This document shows, piece by piece, positions 22,659 to 28,975 of a stretch of 64,000 nucleotides of DNA; positions within the stretch are counted from its first letter, which is position 1, and each line of letters starts with the position of its first letter. The DNA comes from Phascolarctobacterium sp. (GTDB lineage: Bacteria > Bacillota > Negativicutes > Acidaminococcales > Acidaminococcaceae), in assembly GCA_030531205.1 (NCBI GenBank), contig JAUNOC010000007.1, positions 2,073 to 66,072 on the forward strand. The letters run 5' to 3'. Position numbers and translations under genes: made by a program. The notes beneath the pieces are model-generated. The model made no database searches and had not been told where the DNA came from. It worked only from the letters and a program-made list of their open reading frames with translations.

Positions 22659-22708
22659 AATTAGTCATTACTAATTCCCTTAACACCTGAAACCTGACAC
22701 CTGAAAAA
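22659..22708. repeat. Heptamer tracts flanking copy A2 on the right (AATTAGT CATTACT ...; CTGAAAC CTGACAC CTGAAAA)
   Basis: 7-nt periodicity. These are the reverse complements of the TAATTAG-type and AGGTNTC-type heptamers on the left side. Confidence 0.65.
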
Positions 22709-22730
22709 CTGTGCATAGCACAGTTTTTTG
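22704..22730. terminator. Bidirectional rho-independent terminator
   Basis: AAAAA CTGTGC ata GCACAG TTTTTT. Confidence 0.7.
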
Positions 22731-22790
22731 TTTCATAATTTACAGCGAAAAAAACTCTTATGTATACAATGAAAAATAGGGGTTTAAGTA

Positions 22791-22818
22791 TTGCATTTTT
22801 TGATTTTAGGACTATAAT
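22791..22818 (+). promoter_or_regulatory. gdh promoter
   Basis: TTGCAT, 16-nt spacer, TATAAT, about 35 nt upstream of the ATG. An AGGAGG SD follows. Confidence 0.5.
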
Positions 22819-22852
22819 TTATTAAGATAAAAAATCACTTAGGAGGATTATT

Positions 22853-24088
22853 ATGGATTTATTTGAGATGGCCAAAGTTCCTATGGCCGCTGCTGAAAAA
22901 GCAATGAACCTTGACCCCGGTGCTGCAGCAATCATTGCAGAGCCCGAGCGTGTTTTGGAAGTACATATTCCCGTAAGAATGGATGATGGTTCCCTGAAAG
23001 TATTTACCGGTTTCCGTGCCCAACACAGCACAGTGCTTGGCCCGGCAAAGGGCGGTGTACGTTATCACCCCTCAGTTTGTTTGGACGAAGTAAAAACCTT
23101 GAGTTTCTGGATGACCTGTAAATGCGCAGTTGCCGGCTTGCCCTATGGCGGCGGCAAAGGCGGTATTATCTGTGACCCGCAAAAAATGAGTCAAAGAGAA
23201 TTAGAGAGAATGACCCGTGGTTACATTGACCGTATTGCTCCCTGTATCGGCGAGAAATTGGATATTCCTGCCCCTGATATGAACACCAATGGTCAGGTAA
23301 TGGCGTGGATGATGGACGAATACAGCAAGATTAAAAACCAATATGAACCGGGCTTTATCACCGGCAAACCTTTGGGCATGGGCGGCTCTGAAGGCCGCAC
23401 TGCCGCTACCGGTTTGGGTGTAGTGGTTGCAGCAATGGAAGCAATGAAGGTTAAGAAAATTGACCCCAAGAAAGCAACCGTTGCCGTGCAAGGCTATGGT
23501 AATGTAGGCAGTTGGACTGCTAAACACTTTGCCAAGAGAGGTTGCAAAGTGGTGGCACTTTCCGATATCAAGGGCGGCATCTATAACCCTAAAGGATTTG
23601 ATATGAAGAAATTAGATGCTTACTATGAAAAGAAGAGAACATTACACGGCTTCCCCGGCGCTAAAGAAATCACCAATGCAGAACTCCTGGCATTGCCCGT
23701 AACCGTTTTGGCACCCTGTGCAATGGAATTGCAACTGACCAAAGACAATGCGGACAAAGTAAGGGCAAAGATGATTGTGGAAGGCGCTAACGGGCCTACC
23801 ACTCCGGATGCAGACAAGGTATTTGACAAGAAAGGTATTTTTGTAGTGCCTGATATTCTTGCCAACGGCGGCGGTGTAACCGTATCCTATTTTGAATGGG
23901 TGCAGAACCTGTACCGTTATTTCTGGACTGAAAAAGAAGTTGTAGAAAAACAGACCGAAATGATGAAACGGGCATTCAAGAATGTTTATGAAACATCCAA
24001 AAAATATAAAGTTAATATGCGTGTGGCCGCATATTGCGTAGCATTGAATGCAATGGCAATGCCGATGAAAATGCGTGGCATTTATTGA
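22853..24088 (+). CDS. gdh: Glutamate dehydrogenase (Glu/Leu/Phe/Val dehydrogenase family)
   Basis: 411 aa. KGGVRYHP and GLPYGGGKGG motifs, plus the GYGNVG dinucleotide-binding motif. Confidence 0.92.
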   Translation: MDLFEMAKVPMAAAEKAMNLDPGAAAIIAEPERVLEVHIPVRMDDGSLKVFTGFRAQHSTVLGPAKGGVRYHPSVCLDEVKTLSFWMTCKCAVAGLPYGGGKGGIICDPQKMSQRELERMTRGYIDRIAPCIGEKLDIPAPDMNTNGQVMAWMMDEYSKIKNQYEPGFITGKPLGMGGSEGRTAATGLGVVVAAMEAMKVKKIDPKKATVAVQGYGNVGSWTAKHFAKRGCKVVALSDIKGGIYNPKGFDMKKLDAYYEKKRTLHGFPGAKEITNAELLALPVTVLAPCAMELQLTKDNADKVRAKMIVEGANGPTTPDADKVFDKKGIFVVPDILANGGGVTVSYFEWVQNLYRYFWTEKEVVEKQTEMMKRAFKNVYETSKKYKVNMRVAAYCVALNAMAMPMKMRGIY

Positions 24089-24089
24089 T

Positions 24090-24120
24090 AAAAAAATCCG
24101 CCGAAAGGCGGATTTTTTGT
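24090..24120 (+). terminator. Rho-independent terminator after gdh
   Basis: AATCCGCC gaaa GGCGGATT followed by TTTTT. Confidence 0.85.
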
Positions 24121-24134
24121 TGCGGCGGTGCCAC

Positions 24135-24191
24135 AATGAAAAGTTAAAAGTTAAAAATGAAAAATTATGGTAGGATGTTCCTGTGATTATA
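24135..24191 (+). repeat. Heptamer tract (GAAAAGT TAAAAGT TAAAAAT GAAAAAT) plus a solo element TIR
   Basis: ATGGTAGGATGTTCCTGTGATTATA at 24167-24191 matches the family TIR. No core or second TIR follows. Confidence 0.7.
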
Positions 24192-24206
24192 TTTCAGAAT
24201 GTTTTA

Positions 24207-24215
24207 TGATATAAT
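24207..24215 (+). promoter_or_regulatory. Extended -10 promoter element TGATATAAT
   Basis: Fits the TGnTATAAT consensus, 44 nt upstream of the HAD-like CDS. The same 19-nt block recurs at 26001-26020. Confidence 0.45.
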
Positions 24216-24258
24216 ATTAAAATAACCATTCAAAAAATAATTAAGCGGAGTATAAGAA

Positions 24259-25329
24259 ATGAAAAATTTATTGTTGGCTTGTTTGACAGTTTTATATCTA
24301 TTGGCAAACACTTGTCCTGTTGTCCAGGCCATGTGTCGGGAAGACATAGCAAAGATAAATATCAGACGGGAAAAACATTTTAAGTATTGGACGGCGGATT
24401 CAAATGCTAAAAAAATTTTGGTTGAATATGTTAAGGATGTTGTTAATCCCAACAGCCAAAATTTTATCCCCGTGCCGGAGAGGATTGCGGTATTTGATTG
24501 TGACGGCACTTTGATTGGTGAGCGTAACCCTTACTATTTTGAAGGACTGATGCTTTTGTACCGTAATGCCGACCCCAATGTACCTCTAAAATGCAAAAAT
24601 GCAAAAGCAACGGCTCAAATAAGGTCAATAATTGACGGAGGTTCTATGCCGTCACAGGTGTGGCAGGAATTGGAACAGGCATATGTGGACTGTTTAGCGG
24701 GGCAGACACCTGAGGAGTACAGGGAATATGTACGGCATTATATAACTACCGAAAAGGTTGAAGGTTATTCCAATCTTAAAATTGGGGAAGAGTTCTTTTT
24801 GCCCATGGTTGAAATAGTATCTTATCTGCGGAATAACAAGTTTTCAATATATATTGTTACGGGGAGCGAGCGGGACGAAATGCGTGTTTATTGTGAACCG
24901 CTGAAGATACCCTATCAAAACATAATTGGCAGTGACCACAGCATTACAACGGAGAAAATGGGAAGTTCTGACAGCAGCAGATATTTTTATGGTGCTGCCG
25001 GAAATGAAAAAATAGTGCGTGGCAACGAACTGACTGCAAAAAATCTTAATTTCAACAAAATTATCGCCATGAACAGGGAGATTGGCATGCGTCCTGTGCT
25101 GGCATTTGGCAATGGCTCCGGTGATATGGGAATGTTCAATTATACGGTTATGAATAATAAGCACCGTACTTTGGCTTTTGCGGTGTTGTGCGATGACACG
25201 GAACGGGAAAACGGAAGTTTGAAAAGTGCGGAGAAGATGCGGAAGAATTGTGAAAAATATGGATGGATTCCCATTTCTATGAAAAATGACTTTGCCACTA
25301 TTTATGGCTATGATGTGAAAAAACTATAA
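24259..25329 (+). CDS. Secreted HAD-superfamily hydrolase (SerB-like phosphatase family)
   Basis: N-terminal signal-like segment MKNLLLACLTVLYLLANTCPVVQA. HAD motif I FDCDGTL and the C-terminal GNGSGDMGM motif. Confidence 0.7.
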   Translation: MKNLLLACLTVLYLLANTCPVVQAMCREDIAKINIRREKHFKYWTADSNAKKILVEYVKDVVNPNSQNFIPVPERIAVFDCDGTLIGERNPYYFEGLMLLYRNADPNVPLKCKNAKATAQIRSIIDGGSMPSQVWQELEQAYVDCLAGQTPEEYREYVRHYITTEKVEGYSNLKIGEEFFLPMVEIVSYLRNNKFSIYIVTGSERDEMRVYCEPLKIPYQNIIGSDHSITTEKMGSSDSSRYFYGAAGNEKIVRGNELTAKNLNFNKIIAMNREIGMRPVLAFGNGSGDMGMFNYTVMNNKHRTLAFAVLCDDTERENGSLKSAEKMRKNCEKYGWIPISMKNDFATIYGYDVKKL

Positions 25330-25359
25330 TTACTGCTCACTGCATTTTTCTGACGAGTA

Positions 25360-25419
25360 AAAATAAAAAAAGCGCCAAAATTATATACACTTGACCCTAA
25401 ATGTATATAATTTTGACGC
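25360..25419 (-). terminator. Minus-strand-oriented rho-independent terminator
   Basis: A 19-bp AT-rich stem (GCGCCAAAATTATATACAC / ATGTATATAATTTTGACGC, 2 mismatches). On the minus strand it is followed by TTTTTTTATTTTT. There is no T-run on the plus strand. Confidence 0.5.
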
Positions 25420-25458
25420 TAAAGCAAAAAGCAAAAGGAAAAAATTTTTACGTGATGT

Positions 25459-25499
25459 CCAATCTGATATCAGATTGGGGTAAGTCTGATATCAGATTG
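25459..25499. promoter_or_regulatory. Palindrome pair U1: a 20-bp perfect palindrome plus a 12-bp core copy
   Basis: CCAATCTGATATCAGATTGG (25459-25478) and TCTGATATCAGA (25485-25496). Confidence 0.6.
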
Positions 25500-25514
25500 A
25501 GCGTTAAAAAAATT

Positions 25515-25545
25515 AATTAGCACGCAAGTGCTAATTTTTATTTTC
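25515..25545. terminator. Bidirectional terminator-like hairpin
   Basis: AATTAGCAC gcaa GTGCTAATT, flanked by AAAAAAA upstream and TTTATTTT downstream. Confidence 0.6.
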
Positions 25546-25590
25546 TGATTGAAATCATAAAAATTATTTTGTGGCGAACGCCGAAGGCGA

Positions 25591-25606
25591 AATCTTATAT
25601 AAGATT
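25591..25606. promoter_or_regulatory. 16-bp perfect palindrome of the same motif class
   Basis: AATCTTATATAAGATT. Confidence 0.55.
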
Positions 25607-25653
25607 GAACATACACCGAAAGAAAAATTTTGTAAAACTTTTGGTGATAGCTG

Positions 25654-25691
25654 AATATCATATGAGATTGGGTGCAATCTCATATGATATT
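25654..25691. promoter_or_regulatory. Palindrome U2: 17-bp perfect inverted repeat with a 4-nt loop
   Basis: AATATCATATGAGATTG ggtg CAATCTCATATGATATT. Like U1, it is followed by RRCGTTAAAAAAAT. Confidence 0.6.
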
Positions 25692-25718
25692 GGACGTTAA
25701 AAAAATAAATGCCATGTT

Positions 25719-25818
25719 TGCCCTCTTGGTGAAGAGGGTGGATTGCCCATAGGAACATAGAAGGGCAAGACGGGTGATTGCTCACTGCGAAGTTCTCAAC
25801 CCCTTCACCAAGGGACCT
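25719..25818 (-). repeat. Core-only fragment of the element family (inverted relative to copy A2)
   Basis: CCCTCTTGGTGAAGAGGGTGGATTGCCCATAGGAACATAGAAGGGCAAGACGGGTGATTGC... aligns with 28704-28790 and with the reverse complement of 40525-40583. Confidence 0.7.
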
Positions 25819-25837
25819 TTCTTATTTTTTCTCTTAC

Positions 25838-25965
25838 TATGTATAATAGACATGAGAATGAATTTTATAACCAAAATGGCAGAAAAATTTTAATTTTCTT
25901 TATTATATATAATAGACACGAGTTTTGCTTTTGCAACCAAAATGGGAAAGAAAATCTCTAATTTC
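25838..25965 (+). repeat. Two tandem ~61-62-nt direct repeats, 66-bp period
   Basis: TATGTATAATAGACATGAG...AACCAAAATGGCAGAAAAATTTTAATTTTC compared with TATATATAATAGACACGAG...AACCAAAATGGGAAAGAAAATCTCTAATTTC. Confidence 0.6.
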
Positions 25966-26007
25966 ACGATTAAAGTATAGTTTCTGTTTCATTTGGTGTA
26001 GTTTTTA

Positions 26008-26016
26008 TGATATAAT
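26008..26016 (+). promoter_or_regulatory. Extended -10 promoter element TGATATAAT upstream of the DUF2075-like gene
   Basis: Fits the TGnTATAAT consensus. Embedded in GTTTTTATGATATAATATT, which is near-identical to 24201-24219. Confidence 0.45.
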
Positions 26017-26107
26017 ATTTATATCTATTCTCGCCCCCAGTCAGGGGAGGGGTTGTTTGCAGTTGTAAGTTAGATAAATGTGTAGAAAGGATATCTGCAT
26101 AAATATT

Positions 26108-28099
26108 ATGGCTAAATATACATTTGCAACCAAAGAAGGTAAGGCATATTATTACAATTCAATACCGGATTTTATTAAAGATGATGGTAATAGCATAATA
26201 GGGCAGTTAGTAGAACATTCTTTTCAAGTTGAAAAGGAGCAAACAGATGCTTGGAGTTATCAAATTACTGAATTGCAAACTCGTTTACAGGATGCAGGAG
26301 TGAGTGGCGATATCATTTTTGAATATGACATTGTACGTCTTGGTAAACGCATTGATGTCATTTTATTAATACGTCACATGGTATTTTCTATTGAGTTTAA
26401 AAACGGTAAGAATATTTTTACTGCGCAAGACGCTCAGCAAGCAGAAGACTATGCTTTAGATATTAAAAACTTTCATAAAGAGTCCGAAAATCTATATGTT
26501 TGCCCCATATTGGTAGCTACACATGCTCCTAAATATCATAAAGAGCAAGAACTTAAATGTTATACTGATAAACAAGTGTATTTGCAAAGGGAAAATATTG
26601 AGACATTAATACCTAAAGTAAATGAAGTGGCTAGTAAATATGGCGATGATGAAAAGATTGATTTTGAAAAGTGGTTTAATTCGCCATATTACCCAACACC
26701 GACTATTATTGCAGCAGCCGTTGAAGCATATAAAACCCATAATATTAGTGATATAGCAAAATCAGCTGCGGGACAAGCAAATATAGAAGCATGTGAAAAG
26801 GAAATTAATGACATTATTGAGTACGCTAAAAGTAATCATAAAAAATGTATTTGTTTTGTAACAGGTGTTCCTGGTGCAGGTAAAACGCTTGTTGGTTTAG
26901 ATGTAGTAGCAAAAAACCTTGATAAAGGCGAAAAAAATATGAGCGTTTATTTATCTGGTAATGGTCCATTAGTTGAAGTTTTACAAGAAGCACTTATTAA
27001 GAGTACGAAGATAAAAGGAACTACAAAACGCGAAACGCAAACGGCTGTATCAGCGTTAATTCAAGGAAGTTATGCATTCAAAAAAGCGCATGCTAATGAT
27101 GAAAATCCCATACCTGAAAATATCTTGATTTTTGATGAGGCACAACGTGTTTGGAATGTTCAAAAGATGGCATCTAAACACAAAACAGAAGGAATGGCTG
27201 TCAGTGAATCGTATTTATTTTATAAGATTATGGACAGAAAAAAGGACTGGGCAGTAATGATTTGTTTAGTAGGGCTCGGGCAAGATATTTATGATGGTGA
27301 AGTAGGCATTAATGAGTGGTTTAGATGTGGCATTAATGATTTTAAAGATTGGGAAATATTCTATTCGTCAGATATTTTTGATCAATTAGAAGATAAGAAC
27401 ATTGATAGACAAGCGATTGAAGGATGTAATAGATGTCATATTAAATTAGGATTACATTTAAAAACGTCTGTAAGGTCATTCCGTGCGGATAAGCAGAGTG
27501 CTTTTGTAGATAATTTGTTGGCAAATAATTTAGTAGATGCATCTAAACTATATGAACAAATAGTGCAGAAATATCCTTTATATATTACTCGTGATTATTC
27601 ATTGGCTAAATGGTGGGTACGTCAACAGGTTAGAGGTTCACAACGTTGTGGCGTTTTGGCAAGCAGTAGTGCACAGCGGTTAAAACCAGAGGGAATTTAT
27701 ATTCCTAAAGATATTGATGTTAAAAATTGGTTTTTAGCTCCAAGCACGGATTTGCGGTCGTCAAATAGATTGGAAGTAGTTGCAAGTGAGTTTGATGTAC
27801 AAGGATTAGAAATTGATTGGGGACTTGTATGTTGGGACGCTGATTTAAGACGTAAAGGTGATGATTGGGATTACTACAATTTTAGAGGAGCAAAATGGAC
27901 TAAACGAAACAAAATAGAAACGCAGCGCTATTTGTTAAATTCTTATCGTGTGTTATTAACACGTTCAAGACAAGGTATGGTAATTTTTGTTCCTAAGGGT
28001 GTAAATAAAGATGAGGATGAAACAAGAAACTATAAGTTTTATGATGGTATTTATAATTACTTGTTGTCATGTGGTATTAAAGAACTAAAGAAAAAGTGA
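26108..28099 (+). CDS. PD-(D/E)xK-like nuclease domain fused to a P-loop SF1-like ATPase (DUF2075 / Schlafen group-3 helicase-like)
   Basis: N-terminal ...EYDIVRLGKRIDVILLIRHMVFSIEFKNG...DYALDIKNFH. Walker A is GVPGAGKT and Walker B is ILIFDEAQ. The C-terminal YRVLLTRSRQGMVIF resembles helicase motif VI. Visibly AT-rich. An alternative ATG exists at 26078. Confidence 0.75.
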   Translation: MAKYTFATKEGKAYYYNSIPDFIKDDGNSIIGQLVEHSFQVEKEQTDAWSYQITELQTRLQDAGVSGDIIFEYDIVRLGKRIDVILLIRHMVFSIEFKNGKNIFTAQDAQQAEDYALDIKNFHKESENLYVCPILVATHAPKYHKEQELKCYTDKQVYLQRENIETLIPKVNEVASKYGDDEKIDFEKWFNSPYYPTPTIIAAAVEAYKTHNISDIAKSAAGQANIEACEKEINDIIEYAKSNHKKCICFVTGVPGAGKTLVGLDVVAKNLDKGEKNMSVYLSGNGPLVEVLQEALIKSTKIKGTTKRETQTAVSALIQGSYAFKKAHANDENPIPENILIFDEAQRVWNVQKMASKHKTEGMAVSESYLFYKIMDRKKDWAVMICLVGLGQDIYDGEVGINEWFRCGINDFKDWEIFYSSDIFDQLEDKNIDRQAIEGCNRCHIKLGLHLKTSVRSFRADKQSAFVDNLLANNLVDASKLYEQIVQKYPLYITRDYSLAKWWVRQQVRGSQRCGVLASSSAQRLKPEGIYIPKDIDVKNWFLAPSTDLRSSNRLEVVASEFDVQGLEIDWGLVCWDADLRRKGDDWDYYNFRGAKWTKRNKIETQRYLLNSYRVLLTRSRQGMVIFVPKGVNKDEDETRNYKFYDGIYNYLLSCGIKELKKK

Positions 28100-28161
28100 A
28101 TTGGTTTGTCCTTCCTTTAATGCGGGGGTTATAACAGGTGATATGTGGTTGTTTATTTTGG

Positions 28162-28201
28162 GGAAATTCCGTAATTTCCACGTGGAAATTACGGAATTTC
28201 C
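28162..28201. repeat. 40-bp perfect palindrome
   Basis: GGAAATTCCGTAATTTCCAC|GTGGAAATTACGGAATTTCC, verified base by base. Lies 62 nt after the DUF2075-like stop. Confidence 0.9.
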
Positions 28202-28399
28202 ATTTGTTGAAAAAAATTTAAAGGCGAGGTTTTTAACCTCCTATATATACAAGACGAAAAAATATTCAAATTGTAGATATTGTCAAAAAAAAAATTTTAA
28301 AAAAATTGTTATGTACCATATTTGACCCACTCCTTATGCTATCATAAACCCATAGCAAGAAGAGAGAACTCTTCATAAAATTTTAAGGAGGTGCGGAAA

Positions 28400-28591
28400 A
28401 TGTTGGAATGTCCACGCTGCGGCAGCAGCAAATTGGTTACGAAGAGTGACAAGCATAATTTTTGGTTGGGTACTGACAAACTGAAGATTAAAAAGGATTA
28501 TGGCTGGGGTATGGGAAATACCAGTGTGCCAGATGATAAGGTGGTTTGTCAGGAATGTGGTTATGTGTTCAAACCCGGATGGAGTAGGTAA
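28400..28591 (+). CDS. Small zinc-ribbon protein (63 aa)
   Basis: CPRCG ... CQECG (two CxxC pairs). AAGGAGG lies 8 nt upstream of the ATG at 28400. A strong terminator follows immediately. Confidence 0.6.
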   Translation: MLECPRCGSSKLVTKSDKHNFWLGTDKLKIKKDYGWGMGNTSVPDDKVVCQECGYVFKPGWSR

Positions 28592-28592
28592 C

Positions 28593-28620
28593 AAAAAAAA
28601 CGGCGAAAGCCGTTTTTTTG
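28593..28620 (+). terminator. Rho-independent terminator
   Basis: AAAAAAAA CGGC gaaa GCCG TTTTTTT. Confidence 0.8.
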
Positions 28621-28935
28621 TTAGTTAAAAGAGATAAGAGATGGTAAGAGGTATCAGGTGTCAGGTTTCAGGTTAGAGGGAAGTTAGCATCAAGCGGACT
28701 TTGCCCTCTTTGTAAAGAGGGTGGATTGCCTAAAGGAACATAGAAAGGCAAGACGGGTGATTGCATACTGCAAAGTTCTCAATCCTCAGTCGGCTACGCC
28801 GCCAGCTCCTTCACCAGGGAGCCAAAAGTTAGCAATATGGTGAACTTAAATAATTTCAATTACAGGAACATATTACCATCATTGTGAATTATGCATTTTG
28901 AATTGTGAATTACAATTGTGAATTATCAATAATAG
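28621..28935 (-). mobile_element. Degenerate element copy D: heptamer tract, inverted core, one TIR, heptamer tract
   Basis: AGGTATC AGGTGTC AGGTTTC AGGTTAG AGGGAAG (28649-28683). The core 28684-28850 aligns with the reverse complement of copy A2. The TIR ...CAGGAACATATTACCAT ends at 28879. ATTGTGA ATTATGC ATTTTGA ATTGTGA... spans 28881-28929. Confidence 0.65.
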
Positions 28936-28944
28936 TGGTATAAT
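28936..28944 (+). promoter_or_regulatory. Extended -10 promoter element TGGTATAAT for gatCAB
   Basis: Fits the TGnTATAAT consensus, about 30 nt upstream of gatC. Confidence 0.45.
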
Positions 28945-28975
28945 ATAAAAAAATATTCTAAAAAGGAGATTTGTG

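Noticed and set aside
22153-22708. Possibility that the repeated intergenic sequences form a CRISPR array.
   Set aside because: There is no regular repeat-spacer periodicity of 28-37-nt direct repeats. The repeats are inverted termini plus shuffled modules dispersed across 64 kb, and no cas genes are present.
25838-28099. Type III toxin-antitoxin (ToxIN-like) reading of the tandem repeats upstream of the DUF2075-like gene.
   Set aside because: There are only two 66-bp units. A promoter-like element sits between the repeats and the gene. The downstream protein is a 660-aa P-loop ATPase rather than a ~170-200-aa ToxN/AbiE-type endoribonuclease.
28101-28325. 74-aa plus-strand ORF after the DUF2075-like gene.
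   Set aside because: It runs straight through the 40-bp perfect palindrome, has no SD, and has an odd low-complexity composition. It is probably non-coding.
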